In this document: positions 9,617 to 18,003 of the stretch, piece after piece | Layout: each line of letters begins with the position of its first letter | How positions within the stretch are numbered: position 1 is the stretch's first letter | Source: Minisyncoccota bacterium | GTDB lineage: Bacteria > Patescibacteriota > Minisyncoccia > Phycocordibacterales > DAORIS01 | Assembly (NCBI GenBank): GCA_035438625.1 | Contig: DAORIS010000005.1 | Span: 1-57,852, forward strand | Reading direction: 5' to 3' | DNA length: 57,852 bases | Position numbers and translations under genes: made by a program | The notes under the pieces: model-generated | Told to the model about the DNA's origin: nothing | What the model saw: only the letters and a program-made list of their open reading frames with translations | Databases searched by the model: none

Positions 9617-11785
9617 CTAAACACCTAAGATAACAGGGATGATGATTGGACGCTTAGCAGTCTGTGCGAATAGGAAGTTTGTGATGTTTTCAGTCACACG
9701 CTCCTTGAGTGCATCGAAGTTGATTGGGTTCATACCAACAGCTTCGTCTTCGATCGTCTTCTTAATGATATATCGAGTCTGCTGGAGTAGATCTTGCGCT
9801 TCTCGGAGGTAGATAAATCCACGAGAGATAATATCAGGACTTTTCTTGAGTTTTCCGGTTGCAGCGTTGATGCTTGCGACAATAACGAACATTCCATCTT
9901 GTGCGAGTGCGAGACGATCCTTAAGAACCACCTCTTGCATGTCTCCGATAGAGAAGCCGTCAACAGTCATTGCTTGCCATGGAGCACGTGCCTTAATCTT
10001 TGTCACCGTCTCACCATCAGGTGAAATTTCAATGATTGAACCAGTGTCAGGTACAACAATGTTCTTCGCTGGAATACCAGTTGATTCAGCTAATTCAGCG
10101 TGGAGGCGTAGTCGGTAATGGTTACCGTGCACAGGCATGAAGAACTTAGGCTTGATCTTTCGGTGTAGCCACTCGAGTTCACCACGATTTCCGTGTCCTG
10201 TTGAGTGAATGTACACCTCAGATGTTCTGTAATGGACGATACGTGCACCGGCGCGAGCAATGTTGTCCTTCAACTTCTCTACTGACTTTTCATTTCCAGG
10301 AATAATTGAAGAAGAGAGGACAATTGTGTCACGAGGAGTGATGTGAATCACTTTATGATTCTTTGTCGCGATACGCATGAGCGCTGCAAACTCTTCTCCC
10401 TGGGCTCCAGTTGAAAGAATGATGATCTTATCTGTTGGATATCGATCCATCTCAGTTGCTTGGATGATGGTGCCTTTTTGCGTTTTTAGCATCTCAGCCA
10501 AGATGGCGATCTCAATGTTCACTTTCATACTGCGTCCTTCGATGACAATTTTCTTGCCATATTTCTCAGCAATCTCAATGATCTTGATGATACGTCGGAG
10601 TTGGGATGCGAATGTTCCGATGATCAATCGACCAGTTACTTTCTTGATGATTTCTTCCAAGCCTTCGTGCACCAATGTTTCAGGTGTTGAAAATCCGGGG
10701 TTCTCTACGTTTGTAGAGTCAGCCATAAGGAAGAGTGTCTTTTCTTTTTCAAATACCGAGTATTCTTTCTCCTCACTTTCAACTGCTTTTCCGTCAACAT
10801 GTTCAAGTTTAAAGTCTCCAGGGTTAACGATAGAACCGATTGGTGTATCAATAATGACACCCATTGAGTCAGGAATAGTGTGGGTTACACCAAAGAATCG
10901 AACGGTAAGTTTTCCAAGTTGGATCTTTGTATCTTTTTCAATGATATTAATAGCCAATGGTTTTGTCTGAGGAAATTCTTCCTGACGTTTCTTGACCATG
11001 ATAGCAGTCAAGTTTCGTGTGTAAATTGGCGGGTTACCAATACGAGGCATGATATATGGAAGCCCTCCGATATGGTCGAGGTGACCGTGGGTGATGATCA
11101 TTCCACGGATCTTGTCCTGACGCTCTTCGAGGTATCGTGTGTTTGGAAGGATGTAATCAATACCAGGAGTATCGTCGTCTTGGAATTGGAAACCAGCATC
11201 AATAATAATGATGTCGTCCTTGTATTCAATCAAGGTCATGTTTCGTCCAATTTCTTCGACACCTCCAAGTGGGATGATGCGGATATTTTCTCCAGGTGGA
11301 GGAATAATCATTACATCTTTGCGAAGTGCTGGGTCTTCAGGACGTGCTTCAAAAGCAGCTGCTGGAATAGGAGGACGCTCAATGCGTCGGTTATTGTTTC
11401 GTGGACCTCGTCGACCGTTACGTGCACCAGCGGGAGCGCCAGTTCGTGGACCAGCTGTTCTTCCAAAGTTTCCTCGGGGAGCACTTCCAAAACTACCAGA
11501 TGGACGACTAAAGCCGCTGCGGTTTCCAGTCGGTCGATTATTAAAACGTGGACGCATTCCTCCTTCAGGACGTGGTCGTGATGTCTCTAGGTGTGCACGA
11601 TCTGGTCGAAGTGGTGGTGGAGGAGCATCGGGGCGCGACTCAAGACGCTCGCTTCCCATGGGGCGAGGTGAGTGTGGGCGCATTGGCCTATTTGTTGGTC
11701 TTCCAAATCCACCAGAGTGGTATGGCCTGCGTCTGCGCTCAGGAGTTCCGCCCATTTGTGGGGGAGTATTCGAATCTGTGTTCAT
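9617..11785 (-). CDS. rnj: ribonuclease J with a 158-aa Arg/Pro/Gly-rich N-terminal extension
   Basis: Metallo-beta-lactamase motif THGHLDHIGG, beta-CASP region and C-terminal domain are colinear with RNase J (IRIIPLGGVEEIGRNMTLIEY ... VHGNHYRL). An alternative internal start exists at 11311. Confidence 0.85.
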   Translation of the reverse strand: MNTDSNTPPQMGGTPERRRRPYHSGGFGRPTNRPMRPHSPRPMGSERLESRPDAPPPPLRPDRAHLETSRPRPEGGMRPRFNNRPTGNRSGFSRPSGSFGSAPRGNFGRTAGPRTGAPAGARNGRRGPRNNNRRIERPPIPAAAFEARPEDPALRKDVMIIPPPGENIRIIPLGGVEEIGRNMTLIEYKDDIIIIDAGFQFQDDDTPGIDYILPNTRYLEERQDKIRGMIITHGHLDHIGGLPYIMPRIGNPPIYTRNLTAIMVKKRQEEFPQTKPLAINIIEKDTKIQLGKLTVRFFGVTHTIPDSMGVIIDTPIGSIVNPGDFKLEHVDGKAVESEEKEYSVFEKEKTLFLMADSTNVENPGFSTPETLVHEGLEEIIKKVTGRLIIGTFASQLRRIIKIIEIAEKYGKKIVIEGRSMKVNIEIAILAEMLKTQKGTIIQATEMDRYPTDKIIILSTGAQGEEFAALMRIATKNHKVIHITPRDTIVLSSSIIPGNEKSVEKLKDNIARAGARIVHYRTSEVYIHSTGHGNRGELEWLHRKIKPKFFMPVHGNHYRLRLHAELAESTGIPAKNIVVPDTGSIIEISPDGETVTKIKARAPWQAMTVDGFSIGDMQEVVLKDRLALAQDGMFVIVASINAATGKLKKSPDIISRGFIYLREAQDLLQQTRYIIKKTIEDEAVGMNPINFDALKERVTENITNFLFAQTAKRPIIIPVILGV

Positions 11786-11833
11786 TCTGTACTTGTTCTA
11801 TGTATGTTAATAATTACAAACCTTTTTATATTT

Positions 11834-13732
11834 CTATAATATGTCTAAAATATTCTTAAACACCGGCCAAATTCTTTCAGTTTTGAGGTATCCCCGATAT
11901 ACGTGACTCAAGCGCTCTGCGGGAGCTTCGATACGAGCTGGGAACGCCTCCGTGTACTGGATAGGCGAGATGTATATATATGATGGACTATACAGGAAAA
12001 CTGCCGGCATGTCATCCATGATCTGTGTTTCAATGGCGAGTAATCGCTCACTTCGTGCTGCAATTGAGAGTGTTGAAGAAGCAGATAGTTCATCAAGGGC
12101 ACGATCAACTTTCGCATTTGAATACATTGCAACGTTAAGTCCTGGATCTGATCGTCGTGTTGAATGCCAAAACGCATAGAGGTCAGAGTCCTTTGCGATA
12201 ACTTGTCCAAAGAGAAGGGAATCATAATCACGCTTTCGAATGACGTTTTGGTTTAGATCACCCGGTTCAAACATCCGTAGTGATACTTGTACACCAATGC
12301 TTTCCCATGCTTCTTTAAGGAGTGATGCAGCAGCCTCAAGATCGGGTGTGCTTGCAGTAGTAATTGTGAGTGTTAATGGAATTTCGTCTGAGCCAACTTT
12401 CTTTGAGCGGACACCGCTCTCACGCATAACATATCCCGCTTTGTCGAGCATGAACTCTGCAATTTCAGCTGTTGTTGATGCGTATGGTGCATCAAGTGAT
12501 TCTGTGGTATCTGAATCAATAGAACGAAGGGAAGATGCAAGAGCAAGTGTGGATGTTGAAGTTGATGCAGCAGCAAGGAGTGCTTCCTGAGCGCTGGTGT
12601 CCGCCATCACTTTTAACTCACCAGGAAGTGGAGAAGCAGCTGCGGTACCGAAGCCTGCAAGGACATCAGAAACAATTTGCTCACGTGGTGCAGCGATACT
12701 TAACGCTTCACGAACTGCAATATCTGCAAGTGCGCGGTTACGTGATTGGTTAAAGAAAAGGGCAAACACACGTGGAAGTGTATACATTGACCGCTTGGCA
12801 GTTGATTCCTCGTCTTCAAGGAGCTCAGATGCACTTTGTGGTGAGAGTCCGCCTACGCTATTAATGTCACCGTTATTGTATGCATTAACGAGTGATTGTT
12901 CGTTTTTATAAAAATTAAGTGTAAATGAACGGATGTATGCTTTTCCTGGTGCAAATTCACTAAAACGTCGCAGTTGCAGTGATACCGGAATACCTTGAGA
13001 GTCTCGGTTTATTGATGAAATATGAAATGCACCAGCACCAATTGGATTAGTGTGATATTCCGCAAGACCAAAGTCTGCTACTGGAATTTCTGCATAGATG
13101 TGTTTAGGTAGTACACCAACTGTTGCAAGTTCCAATGGATCAAGTGATGGTGGGTATGTAACTGTAATTGTTCTGTCATCAACAATTTCATATGTAACCC
13201 CTGCAAATTGTGCAGCGAGGGGGCTACGAATAGCAGGATTTTTAATGATGTCGATTGTAAAAGCAACATCTTCAGGTGTTACCGGCTTTCCATCGTGGAA
13301 TGTTGCGTTGTGTCGAAGTTTGAATACGTATGTTTGAGATCTCTGTTGTATAGGAATTTGCTGCGCTGCGGTCACATCTCCAACAGGAAAGTTTGGAGAA
13401 GCAGCGGGTGCAAGTTCAATTGATTCAGCCAGAATTGGTCGGTACCCTCCAGCGTCGCCCTTTTCAACTAGTCCTGCAAATACGAGTCCCACGATATCTC
13501 GTGTAGTACCAGTGATTTCAAGAACCGGGTTGATGATTTTAGGCGCACCGATTACTCCTTCTACAACGTCACCGCCGTATCCAGGTACAACAATACTGAC
13601 CTTTTTGTCTATTGCTGCGATTGCAGAAAAGGCCGAAGTTACTGCAAGGATAGTTAGTAACCCAAATACAATCTTTGCGGTCAGAGAAAAACTAGAAATG
13701 ACCGATGCCGTCTTGGCTATAAATGATTTCAT
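11834..13732 (-). CDS. ABC transporter substrate-binding protein, family 5 (OppA/DppA-like), orphan
   Basis: N-terminal signal anchor. Family-5 SBP segment FHDGKPVTPEDVAFT and overall length fit. No permease or ATPase gene is adjacent. Confidence 0.75.
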   Translation of the reverse strand: MKSFIAKTASVISSFSLTAKIVFGLLTILAVTSAFSAIAAIDKKVSIVVPGYGGDVVEGVIGAPKIINPVLEITGTTRDIVGLVFAGLVEKGDAGGYRPILAESIELAPAASPNFPVGDVTAAQQIPIQQRSQTYVFKLRHNATFHDGKPVTPEDVAFTIDIIKNPAIRSPLAAQFAGVTYEIVDDRTITVTYPPSLDPLELATVGVLPKHIYAEIPVADFGLAEYHTNPIGAGAFHISSINRDSQGIPVSLQLRRFSEFAPGKAYIRSFTLNFYKNEQSLVNAYNNGDINSVGGLSPQSASELLEDEESTAKRSMYTLPRVFALFFNQSRNRALADIAVREALSIAAPREQIVSDVLAGFGTAAASPLPGELKVMADTSAQEALLAAASTSTSTLALASSLRSIDSDTTESLDAPYASTTAEIAEFMLDKAGYVMRESGVRSKKVGSDEIPLTLTITTASTPDLEAAASLLKEAWESIGVQVSLRMFEPGDLNQNVIRKRDYDSLLFGQVIAKDSDLYAFWHSTRRSDPGLNVAMYSNAKVDRALDELSASSTLSIAARSERLLAIETQIMDDMPAVFLYSPSYIYISPIQYTEAFPARIEAPAERLSHVYRGYLKTERIWPVFKNILDIL

Positions 13733-13793
13733 ATGTAAGCAACAGACGCACGCGAGCTATATAACTATACCGTATATATGTAGCAAGGCTACT

Positions 13794-14021
13794 TTATACG
13801 ATAATAGAGAGCACGCTTAGTACGGCGAACACGGCAGCTACAAGGATAGTAGCGTTAAAGAGGCCCTTTTCAAGACCACGTCGTGTGAATCGTGTTCCTC
13901 CGCCATCAGCGCCGAAAGCGCTACCTAAGTCGGCATCCGATCGTTGCATGAGTACAAGCACGATTAAGAATATCGATAGGCCTATCTGGGCGTACGGAAG
14001 TACCGTAGCGACTGTTTGCAT
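13794..14021 (-). CDS. secG: preprotein translocase subunit SecG
   Basis: 75 aa from internal ATG 14021 (MQTVATVLPYAQIGLSIFLIVLVLMQRSDADLGSAFG...), with a second TM at the C-terminus. This is the classic SecG pattern. The longer ORF-track start 14123 would overlap dnaX. Confidence 0.7.
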   Translation of the reverse strand: MQTVATVLPYAQIGLSIFLIVLVLMQRSDADLGSAFGADGGGTRFTRRGLEKGLFNATILVAAVFAVLSVLSIIV

Positions 14022-14057
14022 TGGTAACCATACTAGCATTTCTGGTATAGTTTGCAA

Positions 14058-15086
14058 ATGGCACACGCGCTCTATCAAAAGTATCGTCCACAAGCATTTT
14101 CTGAAGTTATTGGCCAAAGTCACGTTATAAAAGCCCTAGAACAAGCCGTTTCTTCGGGTCGCCCGTCACATGCCTATGTACTTTCGGGAGGTCGTGGAAC
14201 AGGTAAGACTTCACTTGCTCGTATTTTTGCCAAGGCACTTGGCTCGTCTGACGCAGATATCATTGAAATGGACGCGGCATCGCACACTGGAGTCGATGAT
14301 GTTCGTGAAATTATTGATAGTGCCTCAGTACTTCCATTCAGCTCTCAATTTAAAGTCTATATATTAGACGAAGCCCACATGCTCTCGAGAGCTGCTTTTA
14401 ATGCACTATTAAAGACCTTAGAAGAGCCACCTCCACATGCACTATTTATTCTTGCAACAACTGACCCAGAAAAACTTCCTGATACTGTCCTTTCTCGTTG
14501 CGCGGTGTTTTTGCTTGATAAACCACGAAATACTGCCATTGAAACAGCACTCTCACGTGCAATTAAAGGAGAGAGTCGCGAAGCAGAAGCCGAAGCGTTA
14601 ACACTTATGGCAATTATGGCTGATGGATCGTTCCGGGACGGTCTGTCACTTTTGGAGCAGATACTTCGTTCGTATCCACATGGAAAGATTGAGCGTGCGC
14701 ATGTTGAACAAATGACTGGTGCACCAAAAGGAGAATATGTCTCTGATGTCTTGGCTGCGCTTGATCATGCTGATCCGGAGCGAGCGCTTAAAGCGGTTCG
14801 TGCACTTGAAGCTGATGGCGCAAATCCTCAAGTATTTATGCAGCTACTCGTCTCTACTGTTCGTTCTGTTATATATACACGGTTCGGTGGGGCAGGTGCT
14901 GGGGAAGAATTATCAAAAGAATCAGAGCATACTCAGTCACTGGTAAACTCGTTTGTAAAAGGAAAGCATGTTAATTCAGCACTCTTGGAATCTTTAATTT
15001 CGCTCCACGGAGAAGTCCGTCGTTCTCCAATGCCGTATGTACTTCTTGAAGCACGGTTGATTACGCTTTCAGAGAAAGGGAAATAA
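14058..15086 (+). CDS. dnaX: DNA polymerase III subunit gamma/tau (short form)
   Basis: YRPQAFSEVIGQSHV, Walker A GGRGTGKTS, Walker B ILDEAHMLS, sensor SRC. ATG at 14058, two codons inside the listed ORF. Confidence 0.85.
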   Translation: MAHALYQKYRPQAFSEVIGQSHVIKALEQAVSSGRPSHAYVLSGGRGTGKTSLARIFAKALGSSDADIIEMDAASHTGVDDVREIIDSASVLPFSSQFKVYILDEAHMLSRAAFNALLKTLEEPPPHALFILATTDPEKLPDTVLSRCAVFLLDKPRNTAIETALSRAIKGESREAEAEALTLMAIMADGSFRDGLSLLEQILRSYPHGKIERAHVEQMTGAPKGEYVSDVLAALDHADPERALKAVRALEADGANPQVFMQLLVSTVRSVIYTRFGGAGAGEELSKESEHTQSLVNSFVKGKHVNSALLESLISLHGEVRRSPMPYVLLEARLITLSEKGK

Positions 15087-15093
15087 AAAAACG

Positions 15094-15113
15094 CCCAGAA
15101 CTTAGGTTCTGGG
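15094..15113. terminator. bidirectional intrinsic terminator
   Basis: cccagaac-ttag-gttctggg hairpin flanked by an A-run (15085-15091) and a T-rich tail. Lies between convergent dnaX and ORF 15134..15496. Confidence 0.6.
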
Positions 15114-15133
15114 TCGTTTGGTTGTGCCGTCTG

Positions 15134-15496
15134 TTAAGCGGCTTTTTCAATTTCATTGTCAAGACCTTCAAGGTCGTGGAGGGGGATCGCGAATTCTGTC
15201 GGAATGAAACATCCGACATCCGGCAGAACTTTTCCATCGAGGAGGAGTTTCATGTCGAGTTCGGGGTAGTCTGCTTTCGACGCCTTCATCATGTTAGATG
15301 TGAGCGCTGGAAGAAGCACTGCTCGCATATCCGCCTCGTCTAGGATTTTATCCTCGACAAGAGATTGAACAAGTAGTGATACTTGCCGTTTACTGATGAT
15401 TGTTGTGCATCTGGCGTCGTTAAGGAAGAGGTTCCCGTGTGCACCGCATTCGCACATGTCAATCCGTACTCGTGCCTTCGTCGTACCGCTTTCCAT
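15134..15496 (-). CDS. hypothetical protein (ORFan, 120 aa)
   Basis: The second ATG (15496) is preceded by GGAGG with 8-nt spacing; that GGAGG overlaps the first ATG at 15511. No recognisable motifs (MESGTTKARVRIDMCECGAHGNLF...). Confidence 0.6.
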   Translation of the reverse strand: MESGTTKARVRIDMCECGAHGNLFLNDARCTTIISKRQVSLLVQSLVEDKILDEADMRAVLLPALTSNMMKASKADYPELDMKLLLDGKVLPDVGCFIPTEFAIPLHDLEGLDNEIEKAA

Positions 15497-15544
15497 TTCG
15501 AATACCTCCATGCATTATGAGCATGTTGTTTTGAGAAAAAATAG

Positions 15545-15577
15545 TGTGCATGGTGGGAACCGTTCCCACCATGCACA
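15545..15577 (-). promoter_or_regulatory. 33-nt perfect palindrome / leader hairpin followed by a U-tract
   Basis: TGTGCATGGTGGGAAC-G-GTTCCCACCATGCACA on the minus strand, followed by CTATTTTTTCTC. Lies between a predicted promoter and the SD of gene 15134..15496. Confidence 0.5.
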
Positions 15578-15604
15578 ATCGGGTGTTAACGAACTTACTT
15601 CTAT

Positions 15605-15632
15605 ATTATAACACGGTTAAAATAAAAAGCAA
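15605..15632 (-). promoter_or_regulatory. candidate sigma70-type promoter
   Basis: Minus strand reads TTGCTT (15632-15627), 16-nt spacer, TATAAT (15610-15605). Predicted start about 20 nt upstream of the palindrome. Confidence 0.45.
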
Positions 15633-15650
15633 GTTTTTTCGGAGAAAACA

Positions 15651-15679
15651 TTGCCAAAAGGGCATTTTTTAGGTATCTT
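15651..15679 (+). promoter_or_regulatory. candidate promoter for tRNA-Gln
   Basis: TTGCCA (15651-15656), 17-nt spacer, TATCTT (15674-15679), about 15 nt before the tRNA 5' end. Confidence 0.35.
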
Positions 15680-15694
15680 AGTGAGGCAGTATAT

Positions 15695-15765
15695 TGCCGA
15701 TTCGTCTAATGGTAGGACGACCGCCTCTGGAGCGGTTAATTGGGGTTCGAGTCCCTGATCGGCAG
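15695..15765 (+). tRNA. tRNA-Gln (anticodon CUG)
   Basis: Folded by hand. Acceptor TGCCGAT/ATCGGCA with U1:A72 and discriminator G73. D arm GTCT-AATGGTA-GGAC. Anticodon arm ACCGC-CTCTGGA-GCGGT. T arm TGGGG-TTCGAGT-CCCTG. No encoded CCA. Confidence 0.85.
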
Positions 15766-15817
15766 CAACTAACAATGTAGAACATAAGTTGTATTTTAAC
15801 TCTGGAAAGGAGGGACT

Positions 15818-16102
15818 ATGTCATACGCCCTCGTTCAACAAATTATCGGTTCAGCTGCTCTTATTGCGTCACTGTTCATTGCACTTGTAGGGTTCCCGAT
15901 GCAAATTCGAAAGAACTACAAGATGAAAAATTGCCAAGGACTGGCTCGATCTCTTGTAATCAGCTGCTCCATTAGCTATACCCTTTGGATGCTACACGGA
16001 TTTCTTAAGGGTGATTGGTTTTTAGTTATAGCTCAAGGGGCTGGTGGACTTCTTTGTTACACCCTTTTGTTCCAGATGTGGTGGTATCGGGAAGGTAAAT
16101 GA
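15818..16102 (+). CDS. PQ-loop / SemiSWEET-like three-helix membrane protein
   Basis: 94 aa, three TM helices. The segment after helix 1, FPMQIRKNYKMKNCQGLA, corresponds to the PQ-loop motif region. Strong SD (AAGGAGGG) 3-4 nt upstream. Confidence 0.5.
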   Translation: MSYALVQQIIGSAALIASLFIALVGFPMQIRKNYKMKNCQGLARSLVISCSISYTLWMLHGFLKGDWFLVIAQGAGGLLCYTLLFQMWWYREGK

Positions 16103-16421
16103 GGTTAAAACTCATGTGTTTCGCGTGAGGTATATATATTTTGGAAAGACGGGATCAAGACAACATTCCGTTGTCCGTGGTTTTCCATACCACGGCCAGT
16201 AGAGGTGATTCGAGACGCTGTCCTTACAGTTCTCTTCCCAGTGCTCGATCTTTTAGATTTTCGGGAATGGTTTCAAAAGAAACTTACCGAAAAACGCGAG
16301 TCTGGTTCCTTATTGGTTGCGTCAGTTAAGCATGGTTTTGTATAGGACTGTGCTTATTTTTTTATTACACATTCTGTTGTGGTGCTACGATTAAAGTGTT
16401 CTTCATTATTAATATATACAT

Positions 16422-16805
16422 ATGGATACAACACTGTTTTTAGCGGGGTTATGGGGTCCGGTTATATTTGCGATGGGCTTGGGTATTTTCATCAGCCGAA
16501 ATTATTATGTAAAAGCATATCGGGAGTTGGAAAAAGAAACACTCGCAGTACTTCTTTATGGAATTGTTGGGGTTGTAATTGGAATCTTACAAATATCAGC
16601 ACATAACGTGTGGGATACACTTCCACAGTTCATAATCAGTCTTCTTGGTTGGGGAGTGTTACTCAAAGGAGCAGTATTTATCGTTGCACCGCGATTTGCT
16701 GACAAAAGTGGAGATGCATTTCTCAATGCAAAGCTCCTATCAACAGTTGGTGTAGTAATGCTTGTGCTCGGTGGATACCTTTCTTGGTTTGCGTATCTTG
16801 TGTAG
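16422..16805 (+). CDS. hypothetical integral membrane protein (4 TM)
   Basis: Four clear hydrophobic helices, no recognisable motif. Followed by a strong bidirectional terminator. Confidence 0.6.
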   Translation: MDTTLFLAGLWGPVIFAMGLGIFISRNYYVKAYRELEKETLAVLLYGIVGVVIGILQISAHNVWDTLPQFIISLLGWGVLLKGAVFIVAPRFADKSGDAFLNAKLLSTVGVVMLVLGGYLSWFAYLV

Positions 16806-16820
16806 CTAGTACACACAAAT

Positions 16821-16848
16821 AAAAAAAGCGCTGCAGAGCGCTTTTTTT
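16821..16848. terminator. bidirectional intrinsic terminator
   Basis: A7-agcgct-gcag-agcgct-T7 between convergent genes 16422..16805 (+) and 16847..17305 (-). Confidence 0.7.
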
Positions 16849-17305
16849 ATTTGTTCTTTTTAGACTTAGGTAACTTAAAATGCCTTGAGTAGAATTCTTT
16901 TTGTTCTTTAATTGTATTTTTTGGAAGCCCCTTAAAGAATTCATATTTATCAGCGTGTCCGTCTAAATTGAAGTTGGAAGTCTTTTTTGATGAAACTAAG
17001 AATGCGAGACTGATGTCTTGGCTGTAGTGGTTTAGGTATGATTTGTACTCGATGATGCCAAGAAATTTTTCAATCTTGGGGACGATACCTAATTCTTCTT
17101 TTGCAACTCGCTTCACTGCTTGTTTCAGATCTTCACCCTTAAGCACAGTTCCTCCTGGAGTGTGCCAGAGTCCCATACCCGGATGAATTGTTCGGCGGAT
17201 AAGGAGTATAGATTTTTTATGCACATACACGATTTCTACGCAGAGTCGTGGAACTCGGCTGTAAATTGCTTTAAATTCTTCAAAAGGAATTCTTTGTACT
17301 TTCAT
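16847..17305 (-). CDS. NUDIX hydrolase
   Basis: Nudix box GGTVLKGEDLKQAVKRVAKEELGI (GX5EX7REUXEEXGU). Confidence 0.85.
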   Translation of the reverse strand: MKVQRIPFEEFKAIYSRVPRLCVEIVYVHKKSILLIRRTIHPGMGLWHTPGGTVLKGEDLKQAVKRVAKEELGIVPKIEKFLGIIEYKSYLNHYSQDISLAFLVSSKKTSNFNLDGHADKYEFFKGLPKNTIKEQKEFYSRHFKLPKSKKNK

Positions 17306-17329
17306 TGACAGTTGAATATATCACAGCGC

Positions 17330-17357
17330 TTGGCACTTTAAATGTACTAGGTACAAT
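17330..17357 (+). promoter_or_regulatory. candidate promoter
   Basis: TTGGCA (17330-17335), 16-nt spacer, TACAAT (17352-17357), 27 nt upstream of ATG 17384. Confidence 0.35.
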
Positions 17358-17383
17358 GGGTAGATATTTATAAAATTAATTCT

Positions 17384-17953
17384 ATGCAAAAAATTATCCC
17401 TCACCTATGGTTTGATACAGAAGCAGAAGAAGCTGCGACATTGTATATGTCCATTTTTAATGGAGGAAAAATTAAATCTTCAACACGATATGGAGAAGCT
17501 GGTTTTGAAGTGCACAACATGAAAGCCGGAACTGTAATGACGATTGAGTTTGAAATTGAAGGACTTACATTTATTGGACTTAACGCTGGTCCAGTTTTTA
17601 AATTCACCCCAGCAATTTCTTTTATGGTTAATTGTAAAATCAAAGAAGAAGTTGATGAGTTGTGGAATAAATTAATTGAAGGTGGAACTGCACTTATGCC
17701 ACTAGACAAATATCCATTTAGCGAGCGGTATGGATGGGTTAAAGATAAATATGGTGAACATTTACAAATTGGGGTTTTTTCTGATTCAGGTATTGTCTAT
17801 ATTCCTGATAAACCGTATCTTATATCCGTGATGGTTCAAACAAAGGGTGGTGACGTGACTGCTGAGGAGAGACAGAAAGTGACAAAATTTATGGAAGATA
17901 TATCACGTGCTTCCTATGATTTCTTCTCTACTGCAAAAAATACCTATAAATAG
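17384..17953 (+). CDS. VOC-superfamily protein (PhnB / 3-demethylubiquinone-9 3-methyltransferase-like domain) with an atypical C-terminal tail
   Basis: IIPHLWFDTEAEEAATLYMSIF, GTVMTIEFEIEG, FIGLNAGP, PFSERYGWVKDKYG are typical of this domain. The last ~60 aa do not belong to it (see findings). Confidence 0.7.
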   Translation: MQKIIPHLWFDTEAEEAATLYMSIFNGGKIKSSTRYGEAGFEVHNMKAGTVMTIEFEIEGLTFIGLNAGPVFKFTPAISFMVNCKIKEEVDELWNKLIEGGTALMPLDKYPFSERYGWVKDKYGEHLQIGVFSDSGIVYIPDKPYLISVMVQTKGGDVTAEERQKVTKFMEDISRASYDFFSTAKNTYK

Positions 17954-18003
17954 CACAACAAAGGCTTGTATCTTGCCTGATTGCTACGTGGTAAAATGAG
18001 TGG

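Noticed and set aside
10377-11859. Long plus-strand ORFs (10377..10970, 10880..11581, 11208..11810, 11548..11859) antisense to RNase J
   Set aside because: They have low-complexity or Ser/Arg/Gly-rich translations, no motifs and no start signals. They coincide with the GC-rich, codon-biased rnj coding strand, so they are shadow ORFs.
16141-16329. 62-aa ORF in the long gap after the SemiSWEET-like gene
   Set aside because: It has a TTG start, no SD, Ser/Arg-rich sequence and no motif. It is kept only as part of the unassigned-region observation.
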